From an uncultured Chloroflexia bacterium (GTDB lineage: Bacteria; Chloroflexota; Limnocylindria; Limnocylindrales; CSP1-4): a stretch of 64,000 bases of DNA. The first letter of the stretch is position 1; every line of letters begins with the position of its first letter. Where the stretch lies: assembly GCA_963833225.1 (NCBI GenBank), contig CAWHXD010000007.1:548426-612425 (forward strand). The letters run 5' to 3'. The position numbers and the translations under genes were made by a program. The notes below the pieces were generated by a model. It was not told where the DNA came from. It saw nothing but the letters and a program-made list of their open reading frames with translations, and did no database searches. Of this stretch, positions 11,677 to 21,139 are shown piece by piece.

Positions 11677-11719
11677 CGTACCCAGTGTCCGAGGGGGCCG
11701 ACGGAGGCCCGCAGCGGAG

Positions 11720-11803
11720 GAGATCACCTCAAGGACGCTGCACCCGGTCAGGCCGAGATCACCTCAAGGCCCGACTGGCGCCCGGCCCGCGATCACATCA
11801 AGG
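11720..11803. repeat. Three 15-bp direct repeats separated by unique 19-20-nt spacers
   Basis: GAGATCACCTCAAGG at 11720 and 11755; GCGATCACATCAAGG at 11789. Confidence 0.8.
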
Positions 11804-12030
11804 GTCGGTGCGCTCTCCGGTTTCCTCGGACGCTTCGTCACCACCGCAGGGTGGCCCGCGAGGGTCGGCCCGCGATGGGCGCCCGGAAGGACGCGATCGG
11901 CATCCCGGTGTCGGTACTCCTGCCGGGCGTCGAAGTTTAAGGCGCACCGCTTCGCGCCACTCGAGGTGCACCGCGGGTCGCTGGCGCGGAATAGGGCCTG
12001 GGCCCGGACAGGGTCCGGAACCGCCTCAGC

Positions 12031-12708
12031 TCACGCGTCCAGGGTTCGCCTCGGGGCCTCCGCCGGAGCCCGGTCGATCGTCGGGTCCGTCCCGGGCGAG
12101 GCGCAAACGTAGTAGCGCAGCCGGTGGCGGCCGTCGTTGCGAACGCGATGACGACGACCGGGCAGGATCCGGATCCCCTTGAGCGGTTCGAGGATCTCCT
12201 CCACGCTGCCCACCTGGATCGTCCCGCGGCCCTCGAACACCACGATCGCGTGCTCCGATCCGGGATGCCGGTGCCAGGCATCCTCGTGACCGGGAGCGAT
12301 CTCGACCTCGGTCACCGTGAATGTCACGGACCCGAAATCGCCGGGCTCGACAAGCAGCGTGCGGCGGATTCCGTCGTCTCCGACAACCCGTGCCTCGGAC
12401 CGCCGGCGGACCGGCTCGCCATCGTCGTGCCAGCGGGGCAGCGCCACCCCGGCCCGCGCTGGATCGATCTCGACCGCGGCCATCAGGGCCAGCGCGTCGA
12501 GGGTCCCCTCGTTGCGGACCCGGTGCAGCTCGGCCGGTGCCTCGTAGAGCACGTCACCCGCCGTGACGACCGCCCTGCGGGACATCCCGTCGCCATGCTC
12601 GAACACGAGCTCGCCACCGGCGAGATACACGATGCTCTCGACGCCGTGGCGGTGGGGGCCGATCTCCACTCCGGGCGCGATCCGGTTGAACTCGAGGCGG
12701 ATCGTCAT
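12031..12708 (-). CDS. Bicupin (two cupin domains)
   Basis: PHRHGVESIVYL..LHRVRN and WHRHPGSEHAIVVFEG..HRVRN. Confidence 0.88.
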   Translation of the reverse strand: MTIRLEFNRIAPGVEIGPHRHGVESIVYLAGGELVFEHGDGMSRRAVVTAGDVLYEAPAELHRVRNEGTLDALALMAAVEIDPARAGVALPRWHDDGEPVRRRSEARVVGDDGIRRTLLVEPGDFGSVTFTVTEVEIAPGHEDAWHRHPGSEHAIVVFEGRGTIQVGSVEEILEPLKGIRILPGRRHRVRNDGRHRLRYYVCASPGTDPTIDRAPAEAPRRTLDA

Positions 12709-12727
12709 CGGGTGGTCCCCGGTGCCG

Positions 12728-13585
12728 TCACGTGACCGGCAGCTCTCGCCCTGCGGCGCGCGCGGCCTCGCGCTTCTGTGCCCAGGCCGCGAGCACGTTG
12801 TCCTTGTGAGGCCGGATGGGGCAGTGCTCGTCGCGGTTGTTGAACTCGTCGCAGTAGCCCAGCGGGACGCACTTGGGCGCCAGGAACGATCCCAGGAACG
12901 GCGACACCCCGAAGATCTCGTGGCGCATGAGCTGGAACAGCCGCCGGATCTCCCATTGGGCCATGGTGCACAGGCGAAGCCCGGACATGTGGATCAGTGC
13001 CCGGAGGTTCGTGGTCATCACCAGGTTCGTCCGGGTTGCGTTGGGGAAGACGAACCGGGCGTCCTCGCCGGGCACCCCGGCGTCGACCAGCTCCGAGTAC
13101 AGGCCGAGCGCCCCGTCCACCTGTTCCTCGTACCGGGAGCGCAGTCCGGGATCTCCCTCGGCGATGGTTGCCGGCAGCATCGTGGCCGCACCCTTGTACT
13201 TGACGTACCGCTGGCTCTGCTGGTCGAAGGCGACGCCCGCGCGATGGCGGACCAGCTGGTGCGACAGCGTGCGCGACACGCCCGACAGGCCGAACGTGAA
13301 CACGATGTGCTCGATGGTGGAGCCGTGCCCGGACTCGATGACGTTGGAGATCAGGCGCTGCATCGAGGCCGGGGCGACCTCCCCCTCCACCGCCCGCCGG
13401 AAGATCTCCTGCGGCTCCAGCTCCGAGTAGCAGGTGCGGCAGGCGGTGTACACCAGCGGCACGTAATACCGCTCCACGATCTCCCTGGTGGGGAACAGGA
13501 GCGTGGCCTTCATTCCCAGCTCGTGGCGACCGGGATTGCGCGGGATGGCGGTCTTGGGTCGGCCGGGAACGGGTGCCTGTGCCAT
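12728..13585 (-). CDS. thyX: FAD-dependent thymidylate synthase
   Basis: GHGSTIEH, SRTLSHQLVRHR...SQRY, EDARFVFP, TNLRAL, AQWEIR. Confidence 0.93.
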   Translation of the reverse strand: MAQAPVPGRPKTAIPRNPGRHELGMKATLLFPTREIVERYYVPLVYTACRTCYSELEPQEIFRRAVEGEVAPASMQRLISNVIESGHGSTIEHIVFTFGLSGVSRTLSHQLVRHRAGVAFDQQSQRYVKYKGAATMLPATIAEGDPGLRSRYEEQVDGALGLYSELVDAGVPGEDARFVFPNATRTNLVMTTNLRALIHMSGLRLCTMAQWEIRRLFQLMRHEIFGVSPFLGSFLAPKCVPLGYCDEFNNRDEHCPIRPHKDNVLAAWAQKREAARAAGRELPVT

Positions 13586-13647
13586 GGTCCGAAGTCTACC
13601 GGCCGGTGGTCGAGGCGGGTACCCGTCGATTTGCGGGGCCCCACGCG

Positions 13648-14982
13648 TTACGACCCCGAGCGCGCCATCCGGCTCGCGAGCGCCCGCCGGTCGGCGTCCC
13701 GGAACCATGTCCAGTACAGGCCGGTCGCGATCGTGTACAGGCCGATGATCGTCACGAAGTTCACCGCGTAGCCGCCCTCGAAGCCGAGGGTCGCCTGGAG
13801 CACCGCGTACCACGCCCCGCCCACGACCCAGCCCACCTGCCACAGCACGCTCATCGCCGCCGCCAGCGAGGCCCGCTCCACCGGCGCGACCTGCTCCATC
13901 GAGAACGCGTTGAAGATCGGATTGCCGGCGTTCATCAGCGAGTTCCGCACCGCCATCGCGAGGACGACGGACCACAGCAGGGGCGAGAAGCCGAGCACCA
14001 CCAGGAACGGGATCGATGCGCCCTGGACGAGGACCACCGAGGTGATCTGCCCGAACCGTCGCGCCAGCCGTGGCTGGGCGAGGATCGCGAGCACCGTCCC
14101 CAGCGATGTGAACGCGAACACGGCGTTGAGCTGGGCGAGGTCCAGGCCGAACTTGCCCTGCACGAAGATGTTGAGGAACGGGATCACCTGGCCGGCACCA
14201 ACCGAGATCAGGAACCCGGGGAACACGAGCTTGGCGAACCGGCCGCGGTCACGGACCTGGATGCCGAGTCGAGCTCGGCGCCGTCGTGGGTCGGCCGGGA
14301 ATGCCGCGGGCTCACCCAGCCGCCGGAGCCTGGATCCCTCCGTCCGCGAGGGGCGATCGTCGGTCAGCCTGCCCACCGTGACCAGGCCAAGGGCGGACAG
14401 CCCCAGCATCAGGACGAGGATCACGCGGTAGACGCCGGGCCCACCCGGCGTGAACCCGAGCCACGACGCGACTGCCGTCGCCACCACCCCGCCGAGGATG
14501 GCCGCGACGATGTTGGTCACGTTCTGGATCGCGAACTGGGCGGCGAACAGCTCGTTGCGGTGCTCGGGCTCGCTGTGCTCGGTCATGAATGGCGCGATCA
14601 CGACGTTGAAGGCGTTGAACCCCATCGTCCACAATGCCGCGGCCACGATCACGACCACCAGCGCCTCGGACACGAGAAGGGCCACCAGCGCCACGATCCC
14701 GGCGATGATCCCCCCGAACAGCACGGCGCGCCGTCCGATCCGGTCCGAGATTGCCGAAGCCGGGAAGGCCACGAGGCCACCGGCGAGCGAGGCGAGGGTC
14801 GACACCAGCCCGATCGTCGCCGGCTCGAACCCGAGGGCGCCGAGGTAGAGATTGAAGTCGATCCACCACAGGCTGACGGCCGCGCCGCTCACGAGGCTGG
14901 TGACGAGGATCAGGCGCGCGTCGGGGTGGAAGCGACCAAAGGCGCGATGGCGGAGGGACGAGGATCGCCCCGGGGTGGTCAC
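13648..14982 (-). CDS. MFS transporter
   Basis: About 12 hydrophobic segments; ISDRIGRR motif A. Confidence 0.9.
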   Translation of the reverse strand: MTTPGRSSSLRHRAFGRFHPDARLILVTSLVSGAAVSLWWIDFNLYLGALGFEPATIGLVSTLASLAGGLVAFPASAISDRIGRRAVLFGGIIAGIVALVALLVSEALVVVIVAAALWTMGFNAFNVVIAPFMTEHSEPEHRNELFAAQFAIQNVTNIVAAILGGVVATAVASWLGFTPGGPGVYRVILVLMLGLSALGLVTVGRLTDDRPSRTEGSRLRRLGEPAAFPADPRRRRARLGIQVRDRGRFAKLVFPGFLISVGAGQVIPFLNIFVQGKFGLDLAQLNAVFAFTSLGTVLAILAQPRLARRFGQITSVVLVQGASIPFLVVLGFSPLLWSVVLAMAVRNSLMNAGNPIFNAFSMEQVAPVERASLAAAMSVLWQVGWVVGGAWYAVLQATLGFEGGYAVNFVTIIGLYTIATGLYWTWFRDADRRALASRMARSGS

Positions 14983-15062
14983 CCCTCAGCGATGATGTCG
15001 CGGGCCACGGGCACAGCGACGGACAGGTTGATCGGCTGGACCCTGGGGCTCACGAAGTCATG

Positions 15063-17766
15063 CTACGCCGGCGACGAGGACGCTGAGCCCCGGGCGGGCG
15101 TTGCCGCGAGCTCGTCCGCAAGCCGGATCGTCTCGTCGAGGCCGTGCTCTCGCGTCCACGAACGGCCACGGGCGACGGCCTCGGCGAGCGCGCCGGTCGC
15201 CTGATCCGGGTCCGGGACCGCGAGCGACGCGGTCGGCCACAGGCTCGCGAGGTGGAGGCCCGTTTCGGCCACCGCCCGAGCGGCGGCCGCTCCGACCGCG
15301 AACGCGTCCTCGGGTCGCCCCGCCAGCAGCAACAGGCTCGACATTGCCGACATCGAGATACAGAGGCCGGACACGTCGCGGCTGTCACGGAACTCGCGGA
15401 CCGCGACGGCAATGTCCTCGGCGGAGCCCCGCACGTCTCGGGCGATCGCGCGGGCGAACGCCCGGGTGAACCTTGTCCAGGCGATCCAGAAGTGGTCGCC
15501 ACCGCGCTCGAAGATCGCGAGCGCCCGCGTGGTCGCATCCTCTGACGCGGCGTGGTCCTCCCGGTAGGCGTAGTGCTCACCCAGGCCCCACAGGGCCTTC
15601 GCGACCCCATCCTCGTCACCGAGCCGGGTCCAGATCTCGAGGGCCTCGTCGAGCAGCGCCCGGTTGTCATCGGCGAGCAGCCTGCCCCAGTCCGCCACGT
15701 TCTCGGTTGCCCGGCGCGTGAACCAGTGGTTGTACGCGGCGTTGGCGATCTCGGCGTCGTCGCCCAGCCGGCGCGCCTCCATGACGGCGTCGCCGTACAA
15801 CGGACCGGCTGCGGCGATGTCGCCGGCCCAGTAGGCAAGGCCCCCGGCCGCCTCGAGGGCCCGGAGGCGCGATCGCGACGCCGCGGCTGACCACTCGGGC
15901 ATCGCGAGGATGCGCGCCAGGCGTTGTCGTCCCTCGGCGAGATGCCCGCGCATCTGCCAGAAGCGCCAGCAGCCGAACCCGAGCGCGGATGCCGTCGTGG
16001 TGTCGCCGACCGCGACGGCGTGGTCGATCGCGGCCCGGACGTTGTCGTGCTCCTCGTCAAGGCGGTCGAGCGCGGCTCCGCGGTCGCCCATGTCCGCGAC
16101 GGCCGCTTCGACGAGCTCCAGGACGGCAACGGCGTGCTGGTCGGCAAACCGTTGAGCTTCCCCGAGCTCCACGAGGCGCTCGTGCGCATACTCCCGCAGC
16201 GTCTCGAGCATGGTGAACCGGACGTCGCCGTGCGGGTGCTCCTCGACCCGCACCAGGCTCTGCTCGGCCAGCCGCTCGAGCAGGCCGACGACGTCGGTTC
16301 CGGCCAGGTCGTCCCCGGCGTCCCCGGGGAGCAGGCAGACCCGCTCCACGAGGTCCATCGGCCCACCTCCCGCAAGAACGGACAGCCGGGCGAACAGGCG
16401 CCGCTCGGAGGGTCCGAGGAGCTCGTAGCTCCAGTCGATGGCGCCGCGCAGCGTCCGCTGCCGCTCGGGCACGTCACGACCGCCCGAGGAGAGCAGCGAG
16501 AGCCGGTCGTCGAGGCGACGGGCGATCGCCTGCGGTGAGAGCAGCCGGATCCGGGCCGCGGCCAGCTCGATCGCCAGCGGGAGGCCGTCAAGCCGGCGCA
16601 CCACCTCGGCGACGTCCCCGGCGTTCTCGGTGGTGATCGCGAATCCTGGCCTCACGGCGGCGGCACGCTCCGCAAACAGGCGGCCGGCCTCCGAGCCGGC
16701 GACGGTCTCCGGGTCATGTGATCCCTGGGGCGGCAGCGCGAGCGGCGGGACCGGGAACTCCTGCTCTCCCGCGATCCGGAGTGGGGCCCGGCTCGAGGCG
16801 ATGACCGTCAACCCCGGGGCCAGCCGCAGCAGGTCGGCCACCGTCGGAGCCACCTCGAGCACCTGCTCCAGGTTGTCGAGGACGAGCATCGTCTGCCGGC
16901 TGCTGAGGTGCTCGCGGATCCGCTCCAGCGGTGGCTGGGACGGTGACAGGAGACCGAGCGTGCTCGCGATCGACGACGGGACGAGCTCCGGATCCCGGAC
17001 GGCGGCCAGCGGCACGAACCAGGCGCCGTCCGGGTATCGATCAGCGCATCCCGGCGGCGAGCTGCAGCGACAGCCTGGTCTTCCCGGTGCCCCCGGGTCC
17101 GGTGAGCGTCAGCAGCCGGGCATCGTCCAGCAGTGCCCGAGCGGCGTCCACCTCCGCGCGCTCCACGAACGACGTGAGCTGGGCGGGCAGGTTGCCCGCA
17201 ACGGACCCGACCGTCCGGAGCGGCGGGAAGGCCGTGCGCAGCCCATCGGCCTCGGCCTGGAACAGATGCTCGGGCTCCGTGACATCCTTGAGCGCGTGCT
17301 CGCCGAGGTCGCGGAGCGTGATCCCCTCGCCTGGGTCGACGACGAGCCCGCGAGCCGACCCGGAGACCAGCACCTGCCCTCCGTGGGCAGCCGAGGCGAC
17401 GCGCGCCGCGTGGTGCACCTCGTAGCCGACGTAGTCGCCGTCGACCACGCGCGCCTCGCCCGCGTGGACGCCCATCCTCACCGAGAGGGTCTGGCCGTCC
17501 GGCCAGGCGTAGGCGGTGAGTGCCCGTTGGCCCGCCATCGCCCCGCGGATGGCTGCCGCCACGGACCCGAAGGCGACGAAATGGGCATCACCCTCGGAGC
17601 CGAACGGAACGCCGCCCGCGCCTGAGGCCGCGTCCTCGACAAGTCGTCGCTCCACGGCCAGGAGCTCGCCGTAGGCCTCGTCGCCGATCCGGCTGACGAG
17701 CCTGGTCGAGCCTTCGATGTCGGTGAACAGGAAGGCGACGGTTCCGGTGGGGAGCTCGGGGGACAC
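15063..17766 (-). CDS. Class III adenylate/guanylate cyclase + STAND NTPase + TPR-like repeats (one frameshift near 17050)
   Basis: FLFTDIEGST, EGDAHF, VRMGVHAG; Walker A GPGGTGKT; removing one base restores ..DRYPDGAWFVPLA; then LVLDNLEQ, DGLPLAIELAA and a helical repeat C-terminus. Confidence 0.88.
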
Positions 17767-17797
17767 GGCTCTAGCCTCTGGAGGTGGGGCGCGACCT

Positions 17798-18226
17798 CTA
17801 GGTTCGGTGGTCGGAGGTCATCGCACGCAGGCGCCCGGCCAGCACGCGCAGGACCGCGAGGGCGACACCCGGCTCGTCCCGCAGCACGCGCTCCGCGTCC
17901 CACGTCGCGAGCGCGAGGCACGTCGTCGGGCCGTCGGCGATCACGGTGGCGTTGCGCGGACCGCCGTCGAGCACCGAGAGCTCGCCAAAGAACTCACCGG
18001 GACCCAGGTGGGCGACGGCGCGACCGTCGCGCATCACGCGGACCCGGCCCTCGCCCACGATGAACAGCCCGGTGCCGATCTCGCCCTCTCGCGCGATCTG
18101 GCGCTCCGCCGGGAACTCCACCTCGACCGCCGCGGCGGCGACCGCCGCGAGCCCGGCCTCGTCGAGCCCGGCGAACAGCGGGCAGGCGCCGATGAGCGAT
18201 TCGCGATGGGGCGCGGACAAGGGCAC
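17798..18226 (-). CDS. Stand-alone cyclic nucleotide-binding domain protein
   Basis: PLFAGL, IAREGEIG, FFGELSVLDGGPRNATV (canonical phosphate-binding cassette). Confidence 0.9.
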   Translation of the reverse strand: MPLSAPHRESLIGACPLFAGLDEAGLAAVAAAAVEVEFPAERQIAREGEIGTGLFIVGEGRVRVMRDGRAVAHLGPGEFFGELSVLDGGPRNATVIADGPTTCLALATWDAERVLRDEPGVALAVLRVLAGRLRAMTSDHRT

Positions 18227-18405
18227 CGGGATCCTCCTCGGGACAGGAAGCGCATCGTGCGCCGGGCCGGCCGTCGGCGTCAACCCGGGCGTCGCCGGAT
18301 CGCGGTGGATGCCGAGCGCACGCGACCCCCCGATTCGTGGGACCATGCCCCTCTGCGGCGCGACCGGGTCGCATGGGTCGGGGGAGAACGAGGAGGCGCC
18401 GTCCT

Positions 18406-18828
18406 GTGGCAACGCGCGAGGAGCTCGCCGACACCCTTGCCGGGTTCGCCCTGTTCGCGGACCTCGGGTCCCCGCAGCTGCTGAGCGTCGCGGGCCTGTT
18501 CGAGGAGACCGCGATGGCGGAGGGCGAGCGGATCCTCCGCCAGGGGCTCACCGGTTCCGGGTTCTACATCATTCTCGACGGGACGGCCGACGTCCGGATC
18601 GACGGCACGACCCGCGGCACGCTCCACCGGGGCGACTTCTTCGGTGAGGTGTCCATCCTGCTCGGCGAGCCGCCCACGGCCGACATCGTCGCCACGTCCA
18701 CGCTCCGCTGCATCGTCCTGGGCCCCACGGCGGTCCAGCCGTTCCTCCTGGCTCACCCGCCCGTGATGTTCCGGATGCTCCAGGCGCAGGCCCGTCGGCT
18801 GCGCAACGCCAACCGCTGGCGGAGCTGA
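18406..18828 (+). CDS. Stand-alone cyclic nucleotide-binding domain protein (atypical cassette)
   Basis: FYIILDG, GDFFGEVSILLGEPPTADI; GAGGAGG RBS before GTG. Confidence 0.88.
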   Translation: MATREELADTLAGFALFADLGSPQLLSVAGLFEETAMAEGERILRQGLTGSGFYIILDGTADVRIDGTTRGTLHRGDFFGEVSILLGEPPTADIVATSTLRCIVLGPTAVQPFLLAHPPVMFRMLQAQARRLRNANRWRS

Positions 18829-18830
18829 CC

Positions 18831-20366
18831 GTGGAGGCGGTCGAGCGCCCGTTTCCACCCGGTGACTACCCGGTGGTGGTCGTCGGGTCCGGACCCGGCG
18901 GGCTCCAGGTGTCGTACGCCCTCCGCACGGAGGGCATCGAGCACGCGCTGATCTCCGCCGACGTCGGGCCGGGAGGCATGTTCCGGCGGTGGCCGTTCTT
19001 CCAGCGCCTGCTGTCGTGGACCAAGCCCTACGCGCCGGCCGAGCGGACCACGCGGGAATACCAGCGCTACGACTGGAACAGCCTGCTCGCGGACGAGCCT
19101 GAGCTGCGGTCGCTGCAGGCGGAATTCCTCGACGAGACGTCCTACTTCCCGTCGCGCCCCGCGATGCAGCAGAGCCTCGAGGCGTTTGTGGAACGGGCCG
19201 GGATCCGCATCCGGTTCCGGACGCGCTGGGAGCGGACCCGTCGCGAGGATGGGCCCGACGGCACGCGCTTCGTCCTCGAGACCAACGATGGCGAGTACCG
19301 CTGTCGCGCGCTCGTGCTCGCGGTCGGGATCGCGCAGCCCTCCCTGCCGGTCACCCCGGGCATCGAGCTCGCCCGGCACTACGCCGACACGCGCGACGCC
19401 TCCACGTATGCCGGCAAGCGGATCTTCATCATCGGCAAGCAGAACAGCGGCTTCGAGCTGGCGTCGGGCCTCGCCCAGTGGGCGTCGTCGATCACCGTCT
19501 GCTCGCCGTCGCCGGCCAAGACCAGCATCCAGACCAAGTCGCTGGTCGGCGTTCGCGCCCGCTACGTCCAGCCATTCGAGGATGGCTTCCTGGGGCTCGG
19601 CGTGCGGATCCTGAACGCGTCCATCACGAGCCTCACGCAGGTGGGCGACGCCATCCGCGTGGACCTGCACCGGACGGACACCGGCGAGGACCTGTGCGTG
19701 GAGGCGGACGAGGTCATCGCGGCCACTGGCTTCACCTGTCCGCTGCGGGACCTGCCGGAGCTCGGGGTCGCCACCTTCGGTGCGGCCAAGCTGCCCGTGG
19801 TGACCCCATTCTGGGAGAGCACCACGGTCGGCGGGATCTTTTTCGCGGGGACGATCAGCCAGGCCGCGCCAGGTCTCCGCAAGCACGGCGTGCCGGCCAA
19901 CTCGGGCGCCGTCCAAGGTCACCGGTACAACGGCGTCGTCCTGGCGCGGCACCTCGCCGCGACCGTGTTCGGCAAGACCCGCGAGTGCCCTGTCGTCGAT
20001 CGCGCCGATGTCATCGACTACCTGCTGCGGGAGGCGACGTCCGCACCGGAGCTCTGGCACCAGAAGGCGTACCTGGCCCGGGTGATCACGTCCGAGCCGG
20101 ACGGGACGCTGCGCGACGCCGGGATCCTGCCCCTCGTGCACGCGCTCGACGCGATGACGGAGGACCTGGTGGCGATGACCGTCGAGTCCGACGGACAGGG
20201 GGGCTTGTACCCGGTCGCGTACGTGCGACGTGACGGGGCCCTGACCGAGCACGTGCTGCCCGCTGACCCGTTGCTGGACTTCGCGACGGATGCCCACCGG
20301 GCGGCGCTTGCCGAGGCCGTCGACCGGCTGCTCGCCGCCGCGCCCGCCCGCATGTCGGCGGATTGA
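18831..20366 (+). CDS. FAD/NAD(P)-dependent oxidoreductase (pyridine nucleotide-disulfide/FMO-like)
   Basis: VVVGSGPGG, second Rossmann IFIIGKQNSGFE, IAATGF, IFFAG. Confidence 0.85.
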   Translation: MEAVERPFPPGDYPVVVVGSGPGGLQVSYALRTEGIEHALISADVGPGGMFRRWPFFQRLLSWTKPYAPAERTTREYQRYDWNSLLADEPELRSLQAEFLDETSYFPSRPAMQQSLEAFVERAGIRIRFRTRWERTRREDGPDGTRFVLETNDGEYRCRALVLAVGIAQPSLPVTPGIELARHYADTRDASTYAGKRIFIIGKQNSGFELASGLAQWASSITVCSPSPAKTSIQTKSLVGVRARYVQPFEDGFLGLGVRILNASITSLTQVGDAIRVDLHRTDTGEDLCVEADEVIAATGFTCPLRDLPELGVATFGAAKLPVVTPFWESTTVGGIFFAGTISQAAPGLRKHGVPANSGAVQGHRYNGVVLARHLAATVFGKTRECPVVDRADVIDYLLREATSAPELWHQKAYLARVITSEPDGTLRDAGILPLVHALDAMTEDLVAMTVESDGQGGLYPVAYVRRDGALTEHVLPADPLLDFATDAHRAALAEAVDRLLAAAPARMSAD

Positions 20367-20378
20367 CAGCCAGCTGAC

Positions 20379-20423
20379 TTGCCGGAATCGGCTACTTGGA
20401 TACCATTTAGCCCTTTTCGACTA
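20379..20423. promoter_or_regulatory. Two imperfect palindromes (consensus TAGCCG-N4-CGGCTA) upstream of the satD-like gene
   Basis: TTGCCG-GAAT-CGGCTA 20379-20394 and TAGCCC-TTTT-CGACTA 20408-20423; -10-like TAGGCT at 20437. Confidence 0.5.
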
Positions 20424-20449
20424 ACTCCATCTGCGGTAGGCTCCCGCGT

Positions 20450-21139
20450 GTGACAGCCCAGGTACCGGCCATCGTGCTCTTTGGTGACGTCGTCGACTCG
20501 CGTCGTGACGCCGGTGCGGCCGCGTTCCTGCGGGCGCTCCGCGACGACCTGGACGACGCCTACGGAGCCGAGCGCCTCGCGCCGACCGGGTTCACCCAGG
20601 GCGACGAGATCCAGCTGCTGCTCGGTCCCGACGCCGATCCGTTTCGCGGGGTGGTTCGCTCGGCGTTGCACCCGGACGCGAGGGAGCTCCGCTGGGCCGT
20701 CGTGGCCGGCGAGGTCGACCGGGGCACCGGGCCCGCGACGGAGCGCAACGGCCCCGCCTTCCGCGACGCGCGCGAGCTGCTGGAGCGCTCCCGGACGCGG
20801 CGCGAGGGGATGGCGGCCGTCACCGGCGATCCGCAAGCGGACATCCTGCTCGCGGACCTTGCCCCGTTGCTGCCGGCGCTGCTGGCCGAGCTCACGACAC
20901 GGCAGCGCGAGATCGGTCGACTGCTGCTGGTCGAGAGCCTGCGTCGGGCGGAGGTGGCTGAGCGACTGGGGGTCAGCCGGGCCACCGTCTCGGTCATCGC
21001 GGATCGTGCCCGAGCCCGCCACCTGGCCAGGCTGAGCGCGGCCCTGGCTACCATCTTCCACGACGGCGTGACCCATGCCGCCGCGACCATCGGCGATGAT
21101 CGCGTCGCCGCCACGCGTCCACCGGGGAGCACGGCGTGA
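20450..21139 (+). CDS. SatD family protein (nucleotide-cyclase-like fold) with C-terminal HTH
   Basis: LFGDVVDSR, TQGDEIQ, NGPAFRDAR; LTTRQREI..AEVAERLGVSRATVS. Confidence 0.82.
   Translation: MTAQVPAIVLFGDVVDSRRDAGAAAFLRALRDDLDDAYGAERLAPTGFTQGDEIQLLLGPDADPFRGVVRSALHPDARELRWAVVAGEVDRGTGPATERNGPAFRDARELLERSRTRREGMAAVTGDPQADILLADLAPLLPALLAELTTRQREIGRLLLVESLRRAEVAERLGVSRATVSVIADRARARHLARLSAALATIFHDGVTHAAATIGDDRVAATRPPGSTA

Noticed and set aside
11720-11803. CRISPR array
   Set aside because: Repeats are only 15 bp, with three copies, short spacers and no cas genes; kept as an unexplained repeat array instead.
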